Positions 27,909-39,260 of a stretch of 64,000 bases of DNA are shown in pieces. Every line of letters starts with the position of its first letter. Positions within the stretch are counted from its first letter, which is position 1. The DNA lies in NCBI GenBank assembly GCA_024231215.1, contig JAAEQR010000142.1:356593-420592 (forward strand), given 5' to 3'. This stretch comes from PVC group bacterium. GTDB lineage: Bacteria > Omnitrophota > Gorgyraeia > B26-G9. The notes beneath the pieces were generated by a model. That model was not told where the DNA came from. It saw only the letters and a program-made list of their open reading frames with translations, and made no database searches. Both the position numbers and the translations under genes were made by a program.

Positions 27909-28910
27909 TCACACATTTTTGCAAAGTCGAACAATTAAGGTCTCAAGAGTCCATAACGGATTTTTGAGACCTTTTTTTATCATTAAATCAGACTCCAATA
28001 AATATCTAAAGCCCTTTTCTATCTCTTCTTTTTTAAAGCGAGATGCCTGTTTTTGAACAATATTAACAACATAGGGGCTCATCTTAAGCTGTCGTGCCAT
28101 TTCCGATTGGGGACACCCCTGTTCGCTAAGCTGTTTGACAGCCTCAACCCTTTTTAACTGCCAATTTATAAGACCAATTATATCTGTAACATGCTTACCA
28201 TCTCCGGCAAGCTCATTAGCAATTATTAATGCCCTATCCACCCGTTTATACATCAAGGCATCTAAAAGAGCAAACCGGCTATCCGTAGTTGTCTTGGAAA
28301 CCAACTCTATTACCGCCTTTTCATCTATTTGTTTTGCCGTACGACTATAAACTAAAAGTTTATCCAAAGCATTCGCAACAGCATCCAGGTCAGAACCGAT
28401 GTTCTCAATCAACAAAGTTACCGCACTCAATGATATCTTCTTTCCCCTAATTTTAGTATAATTATTGACCCATTTTCTTAAACCTGATTCATCGAGACAC
28501 GAAAAAATAATCGGACGAACAAACTTCACAATCTTTTTTATAAATTTGTCACCTAATTTCTTATCTGTTTCTAAGATAAGACAACTATTCTGTATTGGAC
28601 GGCTTAAAAACGCAAGAAGATCTTTTTCAAATGCGGAAAATTTCTCAACATTCTTCACAATCACTAATCTGCGGCTAGTCATAAATGGCTGAGTTGTAAC
28701 AGCGTCTAAGACTGCATTAAAATTACCTTCTTCAGCATAAAAAACATTGAAGTTAAAATGAATTGATTCTGCGGGGACAAGGACTTTCTTTATTTCCTCT
28801 TCTATGGAGCGTTTTAAAAAAATTTCTTCGCCGGCAAATAAATACAGCGGCTCGATGCGGCCTGATGAAATATCTGATTTAACATCCCAATAGCTAAAAG
28901 ACTTTACCAT
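27909..28910 (-). CDS. holA: DNA polymerase III delta subunit
   Basis: YLFAGEEIFLKRSIEEEIKK N-terminus; 333 aa; located after lptE as usual. Confidence 0.75.
   Translation of the reverse strand: MVKSFSYWDVKSDISSGRIEPLYLFAGEEIFLKRSIEEEIKKVLVPAESIHFNFNVFYAEEGNFNAVLDAVTTQPFMTSRRLVIVKNVEKFSAFEKDLLAFLSRPIQNSCLILETDKKLGDKFIKKIVKFVRPIIFSCLDESGLRKWVNNYTKIRGKKISLSAVTLLIENIGSDLDAVANALDKLLVYSRTAKQIDEKAVIELVSKTTTDSRFALLDALMYKRVDRALIIANELAGDGKHVTDIIGLINWQLKRVEAVKQLSEQGCPQSEMARQLKMSPYVVNIVQKQASRFKKEEIEKGFRYLLESDLMIKKGLKNPLWTLETLIVRLCKNV
27939..27978 (+). terminator. Rho-independent terminator after rpsT
   Basis: ggtctcaa...ttgagacc stem followed by TTTTTTT; overlaps the convergent holA 3-prime end. Confidence 0.5.
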
Positions 28911-29407
28911 AATGTAAGTATTTTATTCAGCATACGACGCGAAAGATCAGCTAAAGCATCCTGACGAGCGTTAGCCTCAGATGTCGCCAAACTACCACTC
29001 AGATAAAAAGTAGCATCTCCGGTAAGATTGTTTTCTCGAACAATAATTTCATTTTTCATCACATCATTAAATGCAAAACTAACGGTTATAGTTAAACGAT
29101 ATTCGCGTATTTCATCATCATTCGTATACCGTAAAGCACTCCGATTATAGCCAATCAACGATCCCTTTAAAACCGCATCCGCATCTTCTGAAGATGAAAT
29201 GCTTAAATTTCCATCATCCTGAACTATAGCGATAAGATTTGTCCGGAATTCATTTTCCAAATTAGGCTGGTCTGTTTGGTTAGAAAATGTATCAATATAA
29301 ACTGACTTTATATGTGTAGGTAAAAAATTTGCTTTGGTCGCATATCCACACCCGAAAATAAAAATAAAACTAAATATTAAACAATGTAGAGCTATTCTCT
29401 TTTTCAC
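28904..29407 (-). CDS. LptE-like lipoprotein
   Basis: Lipobox-like FIFGCGYA; conserved neighbour of holA. Likely GTG start at 29407 overlapping the upstream stop (GTGA) rather than the ATG at 29455. Confidence 0.4.
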   Translation of the reverse strand: MKKRIALHCLIFSFIFIFGCGYATKANFLPTHIKSVYIDTFSNQTDQPNLENEFRTNLIAIVQDDGNLSISSSEDADAVLKGSLIGYNRSALRYTNDDEIREYRLTITVSFAFNDVMKNEIIVRENNLTGDATFYLSGSLATSEANARQDALADLSRRMLNKILTLW

Positions 29408-30318
29408 CTTTGAGCCCTTAAGCGTTCTAACTTCGGTTTGGCTTGTAGGGCCCATGTGGTTTTTTCGTAACTATACACAAGCTCCTCATAATATTTTAAT
29501 GCAGCATATGTTTTTCGCAGTTTTTCATAAAATCGCGCAGTTTTAAAAAGCTTCTCCGCTTTTTTATTAACCAGCTTATTCTTTAAGCTTTCTGCTTTAG
29601 CCACATATTCACTTGTCGGAGCCCGGGCAAGAAAATTATTCAAATCACCATGTGCCCTATCAAGAATTTCTTCGTCATAGTCTTTAATTAATGAAGATAT
29701 TTTAAATGAACATAAAGCGCTATAATATCCAGCATCGTCCAAATACGGGCTAAAAGAATAGTTTTCCGAAATTTTATCAAATTCATCCCGCGCTTCATTA
29801 AACCGCCGCAACCTGAACGAACATAGGCCTATTTTATACTGTGCAACATCAGCCACCTTGCTATAAGGAGAATTTAATAATGATTTTTGAAAAATCTCTT
29901 CCGCTAACTCGTATTTTCTACGCTTAAAATACACTTCTCCAATAAGATACTGCTGTTCCACAATTGATTCCAACCGATCATTCAAAGGATAGATATCAAT
30001 AACTTCCTGATAAATTTTAAACGCGTGATAATGCCTTCCTCTTTTTTCTTCGCAAAGTCCCATGAAATACTTTGCTTCCGGAGCATATTCGGTTTTTGGG
30101 AATTTTCTAAGAATCTTTTTGAACTCATAAATTGCTTTTCGATAATCCCCGGCATCAAAATAACGTTTTGCCCAGTCAAACTGTTCTTGAGGAGTATCAA
30201 ATGTTTTATAAAGAGGGTTGACCCATTTTTGGGTCCCTGGGGTCCATACCCAGTAGGCAAAGCATACCTGGATATTTGTAACAAACAATAAAAGTAAGAT
30301 AACAATGGTTTTCTTCAT
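29404..30318 (-). CDS. TPR-repeat outer-membrane assembly lipoprotein, BamD-like
   Basis: Signal peptide; YFDAGDYRKAIYEFKKILRKFPKTEYAPEAKYFMGLC TPR pattern; 304 aa. Confidence 0.45.
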   Translation of the reverse strand: MKKTIVILLLLFVTNIQVCFAYWVWTPGTQKWVNPLYKTFDTPQEQFDWAKRYFDAGDYRKAIYEFKKILRKFPKTEYAPEAKYFMGLCEEKRGRHYHAFKIYQEVIDIYPLNDRLESIVEQQYLIGEVYFKRRKYELAEEIFQKSLLNSPYSKVADVAQYKIGLCSFRLRRFNEARDEFDKISENYSFSPYLDDAGYYSALCSFKISSLIKDYDEEILDRAHGDLNNFLARAPTSEYVAKAESLKNKLVNKKAEKLFKTARFYEKLRKTYAALKYYEELVYSYEKTTWALQAKPKLERLRAQR

Positions 30319-30378
30319 AATTTAATCCTTGAGGGAGTACTATATCACAAGAAAAACTTTATGTCAAATAGTGGTTCA

Positions 30379-30780
30379 TTAAGTGGCTAGTTGGGGCATT
30401 GGGGATTCTGCTTGCTTATTGGAAGAAATCGTTTTAGCAACTACGTCTCTGAATTGGAAACGAGCCTCTTGACTCAAATCTTCAAAGTGAACACCAAGTT
30501 TAAACCGCTCCTGGTAGGGAAATTGCTCTACCCATACTACCTTACCCATAACCTTCACTGGTTCCGCTCCAGCCGATAGTGAAGCTTCTAATAAAAGTTT
30601 GGACTTGACCGGATAAAAATAAAAAGACGAAAGCTGTATCCCTGTTTCGCTTATATCTTTAGAGAAAGAATTGTTAATTTGGACAGAAAGTCCCGGAGAA
30701 ACCTGTTTGAGTTTAACAGGAAAATCAGAATTTGCGCGTAAAAATCCTCTTCTTTCGTATATCATCCTTGTATCATTCAT
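30379..30780 (-). CDS. PilZ-domain protein
   Basis: RRGFLR...DISETGIQL (RxxxR / DxSxxG). Confidence 0.6.
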   Translation of the reverse strand: MNDTRMIYERRGFLRANSDFPVKLKQVSPGLSVQINNSFSKDISETGIQLSSFYFYPVKSKLLLEASLSAGAEPVKVMGKVVWVEQFPYQERFKLGVHFEDLSQEARFQFRDVVAKTISSNKQAESPMPQLAT

Positions 30781-30893
30781 GATCCATCATACTCCTCTTT
30801 TAACTGTCAATTCTAGCATATTATAAAATATTATATCTGTCAAGAAAAAACCTTCTTGAAATAAAATATTATTTCCTTATAATATAACATATC

Positions 30894-33800
30894 ATGATAA
30901 AGAAATTTATTCTTTTTTTCCTACTATCTATTATCGTTTTAATTGTCGGGGGATATTTTTATATTAACCTTATCCTGCTGCCGCGCCAGGTAATTCCTCA
31001 AATAACAACTCAGGTTCAAGAACAATTGCAAAGAAAAATCAGTATTAATAGTATTTATCTAGCCCCCACCGGCAAAATTAGCATAAGAGGCATAACTTTT
31101 TATAATCCAGATGAAACTCCCTTGCTGCGATGCAAAAACATTAAGATAAGTCCTTCCTATCGGGGCACTTATAACGCATGGAAGAAAAACAAGGACTTGC
31201 TGCATATACCGCTTAATATTAAGCTTAAAGATATTAACCTCCGTCAAGATCCTCTCGCTATCTCTGGTAATGCTGATTCTTACATTTCAATAACCTTAGA
31301 TTTAAAAAATTCCAAAAACATTGACTGGAAAGGCAATATAACCCTTCAGGATTTTATAGTTGCCAACATCCCATTTTTTGGTGATATTGAAGACCTCCAT
31401 GGAACCATAAAAGTCACTCCAAGCGGAGCATCAACTGAAGGAATTGAAGGCACTATAAATCATGCTCCGGCTGATTTAAAATTCACCTTGACCGATTTTA
31501 GTGCCCCGCACCTGGAATTAAACACAACCCTTACACCCCTTTCTCTGGCACTGAAATGTTCTTTGGTCGAAAACATGCTTACTCTAGACAAAGTTGATGC
31601 CGCATATAATAATATTAATCTGGATTTATCCGGATCGATAAAAGATGTTTCCACCAATCCCACCTCAAATATATTCGCAGATATCACTATTGACTTAGAA
31701 GACTTAAGTAAACTTCCCTTAGAAATAAAAACTCTCATGTTAAAACTTAACCCTAAAGGAATTATTTCATCTAAAATCAATATTGAAGGGCCATTAAAAA
31801 ATCTTGCTGCAATACAAGTAGATGTCGAGCTGGAATCTCCGGAAGTCTCTTGTCTTAACTATTCAATAAAAAATATTGAGATAAACGCTGCCTTGAAAAA
31901 AGGAATACTTAATTTAGAAAATTGTTATGCCTCTATATTTGATAATGACACTATAATCAATGCAGAGTGTAATATAATAGATCCAGCAATGCCCTTTACT
32001 ACAGATATAAAATTAAAAAAATGGTTGATAAAAAAAATCCTCATTAATTTAGATCTTGAACAGGAAATTTCCGGCAACTTTGATGCCGATATCTTAGTTA
32101 AAGGCAACATTAATGATTTAAATAATATCGAAATATCTTATAAAACGATATTAAATAATATTAAATATGAAAATTCCTTATTCCCTCCGGAAATTCAGTC
32201 CAACGGCAGACTTGCCTTTCAAAATCTTAAAGATATAACTATTAAAGATATAACTATTGAAGATACAATTAGTGAACTCGATATTAAAGGCATGATCTCT
32301 GATCTCTTATCTCCTTATTTTAATCTCTCCATTAAATTACAATGTGATATTAGCAAACTAGCCGACTATAAAATGATTTCCCTGCCGGTAGGCCTAACTT
32401 TATCCGGCTTACTCAGAAGCAACTTTAGCCTAAAAGGCCCTGCAACCTCAATCAATACTATCGGCATCCCCTTTGAAATAACTTCCGATACAATTACGAT
32501 CAATCAATCTTCACTAAATACATTTGAATTAAAGGGATTTTTTGAAGCAATGAAACTAACTATTTCTTCCTTAGATACTAAGATATATGACGGAGAATGT
32601 AATATAGTCGGTACAGTAGATATCACAGACCTGAAAACCCCTGTTTTCCAAACAACCACACAAATTAAGGACATCAACCTGGAAACATTACTAAAAAGCA
32701 ACAATATTACCAATGTACAACTTAAAGGTCTACTTTCTTCGAATTTAGAAATATCCGGAGAAGGAAGCACCCCGGAAACCTTACAAGCCAAAATCTCACT
32801 AGCTACACAATTAAACAAAGTTAATGTTCAAGATATCGCCTTAAAAGGCGCACAATTATTCACTGATTTAAACTATACAAAGACAGATATTAATATTACC
32901 CGATTGGATTTAATATATAACAGCATTACCATCAACTCAAAAGCTACGATTACTTCCTTATTGAACAAACCACAAATTGAACTAACCCTAAACAGCAATC
33001 TGGAACTTGAAGATTTAGACAAACTACCTATAACTTTACCTGAAAACGTGCAGGACTTAAATCTATCCGGTATTATTAACACAGTAGTTACTGCAAATGG
33101 TCCTTTTTCCGCTAAGGAATGGACACAGATACAAATGATTACAAGTATTACATCGGACCAGATCACGATCAAAGGCATTATTATTGAAGACCTTGATATT
33201 TCAACTAATCTTAAAAATAAAATTTTAGATATAAAAGCAGAAACAAATACATATACCGGTAATCTTGCTGCCGAAGCTAATGTCGATCTTCTCGTCTTTC
33301 CTCAAAATTTCAGATACCAGGGTAATCTAAAAATAGACACTGTAGATATCGGCCAGCTTATTGAAGAATCAAAAATAGTACAACAAAAACACAAAGGAAT
33401 TTTTTCGGCAAAAGCCAATTTTTCCGGCCAGGGAGTAAGCCATAACACCGTTAAAGCCGATGCACGGTTTGATCTTACGGATGCTAAATTAGACGGTCTC
33501 CAAATACTTCATTCTATTGGAAATATATCCGGAACAACCTTCCTTTCCGACTTTGAGGTCAGCCAAGGAAGCGGTACATTTAAAATCGAAAATAACGAAG
33601 TTCGCACTCAAGATACTATGCTCATCGGAACTGATGCCACGATCACAGCAAAAGGAGCAATTGACTTTTTCCAGAATTTCAAGGATTTCGAGGTAATGTT
33701 GGTATTATCAGACAGCGGAGTAGACAAAACTAACCCAAATTTATTAAAAGAATTCTTCATTTTTGAAAACGATAAGTACTGCAGAACTATTCCCATAAAA

Positions 33801-33920
33801 GGATCCTTAACCAATCCCAAACCTGATTTGGATAAAATAATCAAGGAAGAAGCTGGAAGACAAGCGAAAAAGATTATTAATAAGCAACTGGATGGTCTTT
33901 TAGAAGGTTTATTTAAATAA
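30894..33920 (+). CDS. AsmA/TamB-like large envelope protein
   Basis: N-terminal TM anchor followed by about 950 aa of repetitive beta-rich sequence with a conserved C-terminus; 1008 aa. Confidence 0.5.
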   Translation: MIKKFILFFLLSIIVLIVGGYFYINLILLPRQVIPQITTQVQEQLQRKISINSIYLAPTGKISIRGITFYNPDETPLLRCKNIKISPSYRGTYNAWKKNKDLLHIPLNIKLKDINLRQDPLAISGNADSYISITLDLKNSKNIDWKGNITLQDFIVANIPFFGDIEDLHGTIKVTPSGASTEGIEGTINHAPADLKFTLTDFSAPHLELNTTLTPLSLALKCSLVENMLTLDKVDAAYNNINLDLSGSIKDVSTNPTSNIFADITIDLEDLSKLPLEIKTLMLKLNPKGIISSKINIEGPLKNLAAIQVDVELESPEVSCLNYSIKNIEINAALKKGILNLENCYASIFDNDTIINAECNIIDPAMPFTTDIKLKKWLIKKILINLDLEQEISGNFDADILVKGNINDLNNIEISYKTILNNIKYENSLFPPEIQSNGRLAFQNLKDITIKDITIEDTISELDIKGMISDLLSPYFNLSIKLQCDISKLADYKMISLPVGLTLSGLLRSNFSLKGPATSINTIGIPFEITSDTITINQSSLNTFELKGFFEAMKLTISSLDTKIYDGECNIVGTVDITDLKTPVFQTTTQIKDINLETLLKSNNITNVQLKGLLSSNLEISGEGSTPETLQAKISLATQLNKVNVQDIALKGAQLFTDLNYTKTDINITRLDLIYNSITINSKATITSLLNKPQIELTLNSNLELEDLDKLPITLPENVQDLNLSGIINTVVTANGPFSAKEWTQIQMITSITSDQITIKGIIIEDLDISTNLKNKILDIKAETNTYTGNLAAEANVDLLVFPQNFRYQGNLKIDTVDIGQLIEESKIVQQKHKGIFSAKANFSGQGVSHNTVKADARFDLTDAKLDGLQILHSIGNISGTTFLSDFEVSQGSGTFKIENNEVRTQDTMLIGTDATITAKGAIDFFQNFKDFEVMLVLSDSGVDKTNPNLLKEFFIFENDKYCRTIPIKGSLTNPKPDLDKIIKEEAGRQAKKIINKQLDGLLEGLFK

Positions 33921-33931
33921 CCGGGAGTAAC

Positions 33932-34270
33932 CTACAACACCGACTCATAGGAACATTCTTTAACTTTCTCGCCTTCGAAGGTAACAAGAATCGCGATAAA
34001 ATTATTAGTATCCTGCGGATAATATATCCACAATTCACCATCACTTTTTCCGGTATTTTTGACTCGTGCAGGAGTTCCTAACATGTCCCTCACCTCAGAT
34101 CTTGTCTTTCCAACAAGATCTTCTGATTCCATAGGAAAACGCACACTAACAAAAGAAGTCTGTTTTTCCATAGAATCATAACGGTTCGTTATAACAGATG
34201 GTGTTTTATGCTTAGGAGCACATCCGCATAAGATTAAGGTAAGAAATAAGATAAAGGCCTGCTTTACCAT
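33932..34270 (-). CDS. small lipoprotein (possibly BamE-like)
   Basis: LTLILCGCA lipobox; 112 aa. Confidence 0.35.
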   Translation of the reverse strand: MVKQAFILFLTLILCGCAPKHKTPSVITNRYDSMEKQTSFVSVRFPMESEDLVGKTRSEVRDMLGTPARVKNTGKSDGELWIYYPQDTNNFIAILVTFEGEKVKECSYESVL

Positions 34271-34467
34271 TTGACTTTCAATGTATCATATCTGCTATTT
34301 TCTGTCAATGAAATTAAAATAGCCTTGCCAAAAGCTTGCATTACAGCAGGGTTTATGGTATTATTAGATTTGCAGCGGAATTATAGGCATTAAGTCTCGG
34401 CTTAAAGCAATTATCGCGTCGGTGCGCTCGGCAAAGATAAAAATATTCCGCTGTTTTTTTATAGCGG

Positions 34468-35202
34468 TTAAATTACTTTTATTAGTCTTTGTGGAAAACT
34501 TATATCAGACACTACTACTTTTCCACTCTGCCTTTTCCCCTTACCCTTAAAAAACCCTTTTTTTGCTGCGCCGAAAGTAACTGTAGTATGAGCACATATA
34601 CATGTGCTGAAAATTTTCCCCGTATCTGCACAAAGGCCACTCGGAATATCTAACGCAATTACAGTTTTTTTAGCCCGATTAATAACGTCAATTACATCTT
34701 TAAATATTCCACCAATATCTTTATTTAAACCAATACCAAAAATTCCGTCAACAACTAAACCCGTACTTTTAAGTGCAGGTTTGATTCTTTTCAGATTTTC
34801 TAAAGAGTTGACCTGTTCTATATCCGTTTTCATTTTGCGCAAAATATTAAAATTAATCAAAGCATCCCCTTTAATCTTACTTTCATCAGCCAAAAGAAAT
34901 ATCTTTACCTTAAATTTATTATTCAAAAGATGCCGGGCCACAACAAATCCATCACCCCCGTTATTCCCCGGGCCACAAAAAATCAATGTTTTTTTACTCT
35001 TTCTCTTCTTTAATAGTTCAATCGCCACTTCAGATGCGCGTAATCCGGCATTTTCCATTAAAATCAAGCCCGGAATCCCATACTCCTCTTGAGCTTTTCT
35101 ATCCAACTCTTTCATCTGCTGCGCATCAACTTTAATCATACAACTTTTCTCCATTAAACCCAAAATTTGCCTTAGATCGTGGCGAAGAGCACCAATCTTC
35201 AT
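34468..35202 (-). CDS. nnrE: NAD(P)H-hydrate epimerase (YjeF N-terminal domain)
   Basis: LIFCGPGNNGGDGFVVARHL. Confidence 0.7.
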   Translation of the reverse strand: MKIGALRHDLRQILGLMEKSCMIKVDAQQMKELDRKAQEEYGIPGLILMENAGLRASEVAIELLKKRKSKKTLIFCGPGNNGGDGFVVARHLLNNKFKVKIFLLADESKIKGDALINFNILRKMKTDIEQVNSLENLKRIKPALKSTGLVVDGIFGIGLNKDIGGIFKDVIDVINRAKKTVIALDIPSGLCADTGKIFSTCICAHTTVTFGAAKKGFFKGKGKRQSGKVVVSDISFPQRLIKVI

Positions 35203-35281
35203 CCATATCTAGTGCAAAATCTGGGTTAAAAAAATGCGGGGTAATCCCCGCGTTTTTATAACTATATATATTTATTGCTAT

Positions 35282-36238
35282 TTACTCGTCCCATACTCCT
35301 ATAGATCTAAACTTATTATAGCGTTTTTCCAATAATTTATTTTTAGATATCCTGGTTAAATTCGCCAGATTTTTCTTTAAACTCGCTTTCATCGCCTGCG
35401 CTGCTGCTGCCGTATCACGATGCGCACCACCTAAAGGTTCAGGAATGATCTCATCGATTATCTTCAATTTCAATAAATCATTTGCCGTTATCTTTAAAGC
35501 TTGAGCCGCATCCGGAGCATGTTTGCGATTGCGCCAGAGAATTGCTGCACAACCTTCCGGAGAAATTACCGAATAATAAGCATTTTCAAACATACACACC
35601 CGGTCACCAACTCCAATACCCAAGGCCCCACCAGAACCACCCTCACCGATAACCACAACAATAATCGGCACAGCAATCTGAGACATCTCACGCAGATTAT
35701 AAGCAATTGCTTCTGCCTGTCCGCGTTCTTCAGCGTCAATCCCCGGATAAGCTCCGGGCGTATCAATAAAAGTCACAACCGGTACTTTAAACTGCTCAGC
35801 TAAGCGCATTAGCCGCATCGCCTTACGATACCCTTCAGGATGAGGACTTCCGAAGCTACGATATAGATTCTCGTTGGTATCTCTGCCTTTCTGATGACCA
35901 ATAACCATTACCTTCTGATTGTCAATCATAGCCAAACCGCAAATAATTGCCGGATCATCCCGAAATGCCCGATCCCCTTTTAATTCGATGAAGTCTGTCA
36001 TAATCATATTAATGTAATCAAGTGTATATGGCCGTTTGGGATGTCGCGCAATTTGCACCTTTTGCCAGGACGTCAGATTACCAAAAATCTCCTTCTTCAA
36101 CCCTTCTAATTTATCTTCAAACTGCTTAATTTCTGTAGATAAATCAACCTTCCGTTCTTTGGAAAAATTTTTAATCTCACTGATCTTTTGTTCTAATTCC
36201 AAAATCGGCTTTTCAAAATCCAATCCTGTTCCGTTCAT
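35282..36238 (-). CDS. accA: acetyl-CoA carboxylase carboxyltransferase alpha subunit
   Basis: [11 protein letters not shown]...[11 protein letters not shown]...GHQKGR...GAYPG. Confidence 0.85.
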   Translation of the reverse strand: MNGTGLDFEKPILELEQKISEIKNFSKERKVDLSTEIKQFEDKLEGLKKEIFGNLTSWQKVQIARHPKRPYTLDYINMIMTDFIELKGDRAFRDDPAIICGLAMIDNQKVMVIGHQKGRDTNENLYRSFGSPHPEGYRKAMRLMRLAEQFKVPVVTFIDTPGAYPGIDAEERGQAEAIAYNLREMSQIAVPIIVVVIGEGGSGGALGIGVGDRVCMFENAYYSVISPEGCAAILWRNRKHAPDAAQALKITANDLLKLKIIDEIIPEPLGGAHRDTAAAAQAMKASLKKNLANLTRISKNKLLEKRYNKFRSIGVWDE

Positions 36239-36257
36239 CTTTTAGGCTCTTTCTCCA

Positions 36258-37187
36258 CTAATCGATAATAACAACTTCTGTTTCTCCGGGAACAATCACA
36301 AACAACTCTTCCACTTCTTTATTTTTCATGCGAACACACCCTTGAGTCGCCTGAGTTCCGATAGAGTCAGGCATTGTTGTTCCATGAATCCCATATCCTG
36401 GTTCTGATAACCCCAGCCAGCGTGTACCGAGAATATTCTCCGCACTTCCCGGAGGAACAATCGCCCCGGTCTTATACCAAACCGGGTCTTTAATCCGATG
36501 ACCGGTTAATATTTTAAATGTCCCCACCGGAGTACAGTTATCTTTACCCGTTGCAATGTTATAAATCTTAACAATTTCATTTTCTGTTTTTAAAACAAGG
36601 ATATTATCTGACTTGTCTACATTTATTTTAAATACCGCTTTATTTACTTTTAATTTCATCCCCGGCTTAATCAGAGAGCCTGTAAGACTATTACTCTTCA
36701 TCAGCAGATCAACCGTAGTATGATGATTTTTGGCTATTTTGTATAAGCTATCTCCCGGCTGAACCGTATAGACAAAGCTATCTTCTGTCTGAATAGGTGA
36801 ACCCAATATGCTGATATTTAAATCCCATAATTTCTGTTTAGCATTAGCCGCTGGTTCGCTATCCAAATAACTATTTACCAATTGCTTTAAAGCAGCTTTT
36901 TGCTTCAATTTGTCATTCCCTGCCTCATGTATCTGCGCAATTTGCACAAGTGCCATCGCAGCTTGCAAACTTTCCGGATATTCAGCTAAAATCTGTTCAA
37001 ATTTAGCCAATGCATCTGCTTGAGATTTAAGCTTCAGCTTTTCTGCTTGCTTGTATAAGTTTTTTGCCGGAGAAGAAACCGATATTTTTCGAGGTTCCGA
37101 AGATATACGTTTATTACTACTCATCCGGACAACGAGAAATACCGCCACTACTCCAATCAAAACATATAAAAATACCCTTCTTCGCAT
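36258..37187 (-). CDS. LysM-domain L,D-transpeptidase
   Basis: LysM YTVQPGDSLYKIAKNHHTTVDLL; YkuD catalytic HGT...TQGCVRM. Confidence 0.75.
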   Translation of the reverse strand: MRRRVFLYVLIGVVAVFLVVRMSSNKRISSEPRKISVSSPAKNLYKQAEKLKLKSQADALAKFEQILAEYPESLQAAMALVQIAQIHEAGNDKLKQKAALKQLVNSYLDSEPAANAKQKLWDLNISILGSPIQTEDSFVYTVQPGDSLYKIAKNHHTTVDLLMKSNSLTGSLIKPGMKLKVNKAVFKINVDKSDNILVLKTENEIVKIYNIATGKDNCTPVGTFKILTGHRIKDPVWYKTGAIVPPGSAENILGTRWLGLSEPGYGIHGTTMPDSIGTQATQGCVRMKNKEVEELFVIVPGETEVVIID

Positions 37188-37211
37188 TTTATCCCCCTTT
37201 AATGAAGCGAA

Positions 37212-37676
37212 TTATAATGTCACCACAAATATAGCGATCACTATCCCTAAAAACGCTCCCATAAATACCTCAATTAGTGTATGACCAACCAGTTCCCTTA
37301 AACGCTCTTGCTTTATCCCTCGTTTTAAATAAATATCTTCAATAATCCTATTCAAAGCCTCAGCCTGTAATCCAGTATTTCTCCGTAATCCTTGGGCATC
37401 AAACATGATTATAAGCGCAAAAATCGCTGTAATTGCAAATACAATCGTATCAAAACCATTGTATAAGCCAACTGCGGTTGCCAAAGCACTTACCCCGGCT
37501 GAGTGCGCGCTGGGCATGCCGCCAGTGCCCATAATCCACTTAAAATCAAAACGCCTCTCTTTTATTAATCCGGAAATTACTTTTATAAGCTGGGCTATAC
37601 CCCAGGAACAACACGAGGCCCAAATAACCCGGTTGCTCGCAATTTCTTTAAAAAAATCGGTTGTCTGTATATACAT
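37212..37676 (-). CDS. divergent PAP2-family membrane protein (DUF212)
   Basis: GGMPSAHSAGVSALA signature; 154 aa. Confidence 0.6.
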   Translation of the reverse strand: MYIQTTDFFKEIASNRVIWASCCSWGIAQLIKVISGLIKERRFDFKWIMGTGGMPSAHSAGVSALATAVGLYNGFDTIVFAITAIFALIIMFDAQGLRRNTGLQAEALNRIIEDIYLKRGIKQERLRELVGHTLIEVFMGAFLGIVIAIFVVTL

Positions 37677-37790
37677 ATTGCAATAATTATAATATAGATC
37701 TAATGAAAAATCAATTTTTTATTAGGATAATTTATTTTTGATCAACTAGATATGGACATAAAGCAAGATGATTCAATGCATTACAATAAA

Positions 37791-39242
37791 TCAAAGTTCC
37801 CACCAACCATAAATCTGGTTTTTCCCTTTTTCCTTAGCTTTATATAATGCCTGGTCTGCCTTTTCGATAAGCTTAACAATGTCATCTGAATTTTCCGGAT
37901 AAATTGCTACCCCTATACTAATACCTACAAAAAATTTTGAATCTTCAAAAAGAGGGCCGGTATTCTGAACAGTCTCTATTAAGCGTTTTCCCAGCTGAAT
38001 TGTATCTTTAGGATTCAAATTATGCAGGCAGGTCATAAATTCATCCCCACCATAACGACAAGCAAAATCTGTCTGCCTTAATATACCTTTTATTTTAGCA
38101 GCAATTGTTTGCAAAACTTTATCGCCGGCAGGATGTCCGTAAGTATCATTTATTGTCTTAAAATCGTCAATATCAATCAAAAAAAGCGCCATTTTTGTGC
38201 CGTATCGTTTACAGCGATACGCCTCTGTTTTAAGCCGATCTTTAAAATGCCGGATAACATACAACCCTGTCAAGCTATCGGTTATGGACAATTCTTCTAC
38301 TTTTTCAAAAAGCCTTGCATTTTCTACGGCCATAGCAATTTGCCCGGCAAAAGACTGAATTGTCTGAACTTCTTCTGAATTTATCCGCTGTTGACTCAGG
38401 ATATTATCTACAACCAATAAACCAACAACAACGTCTTTAATCAACAACGGAACAAAAACAACTACGTCATGAAAACTTCTCTGAATAAGATTATCTCCTT
38501 TACCAAAAAGATAATCAACCAATGGATGCACATTTGGTTTTAATGGATATTGCTCTTTCTCCAAAGAAGTAATTGTACCTCTTAAATCATAAGCTACTTC
38601 TCCTTTAAGCATCTCCTGCTTACGATCTACTAGATAAAGCCGAACCCGGTCAAACCCCATATGAGTTACAATGCTCTTAACGATAAACTTCAGCAATTCG
38701 TCAAGATGTAAACTCTTTACAATATTTGACGATATTTCAAAAGAAGCCCGTAATTGCCGAACATGTCTTTCGTTCTGCAAAAAAATCTTTAGATTCTTAA
38801 TCGCAATCGTCAATTCCGTACAGAACAAACGGATCGAAGACAAATTGCCATTAGAAAAACGATGTCCGGTAAGCCTAGTTATTCGGAGCATTCCTAAAAA
38901 CTCATCATCATTTCTCAAAGCTACACAAATACTAGCCTGGTTTTGTTTATCAATAACCAAATCTGTAATTCCGAAACTCAACCCCCACAAAGGAGAATCC
39001 TTAGTAACAATAATAACTTCATCGCCGTCCTGCAAAATATCTGTCCTTATTACTTTTTGCGAACGCAGAACTTTTTCCTTAGGCTCCCAGATAAAAACAG
39101 CTGCTTCAACACGGCCCAGAGCCTGAGCTAAAATTAACAAGGAATGGGAAAATAAAGAATCCGTGTCCTTATCATGACTGATACTATGCCACAGTTTATT
39201 TAAAATAGCATTTTTATCTGTTTTTTTCTTCTTTTTAACCAT
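37791..39242 (-). CDS. diguanylate cyclase with tandem GAF domains
   Basis: GGDEF core RYGGDEF; LFLIDIDDFKTINDTYGHPAGD. Confidence 0.8.
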   Translation of the reverse strand: MVKKKKKTDKNAILNKLWHSISHDKDTDSLFSHSLLILAQALGRVEAAVFIWEPKEKVLRSQKVIRTDILQDGDEVIIVTKDSPLWGLSFGITDLVIDKQNQASICVALRNDDEFLGMLRITRLTGHRFSNGNLSSIRLFCTELTIAIKNLKIFLQNERHVRQLRASFEISSNIVKSLHLDELLKFIVKSIVTHMGFDRVRLYLVDRKQEMLKGEVAYDLRGTITSLEKEQYPLKPNVHPLVDYLFGKGDNLIQRSFHDVVVFVPLLIKDVVVGLLVVDNILSQQRINSEEVQTIQSFAGQIAMAVENARLFEKVEELSITDSLTGLYVIRHFKDRLKTEAYRCKRYGTKMALFLIDIDDFKTINDTYGHPAGDKVLQTIAAKIKGILRQTDFACRYGGDEFMTCLHNLNPKDTIQLGKRLIETVQNTGPLFEDSKFFVGISIGVAIYPENSDDIVKLIEKADQALYKAKEKGKNQIYGWWEL

Positions 39243-39260
39243 TTATCACTCGTCACTTAA

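Noticed and set aside
30894-33920. 1008-aa protein as a possible toxin, RHS protein or adhesin
   Set aside because: A single N-terminal TM anchor plus long beta-rich body with conserved C-terminus fits AsmA/TamB-like envelope proteins. It sits among bamD, lptE and PilZ genes, and has no RHS/YD repeats or toxin C-terminal module.
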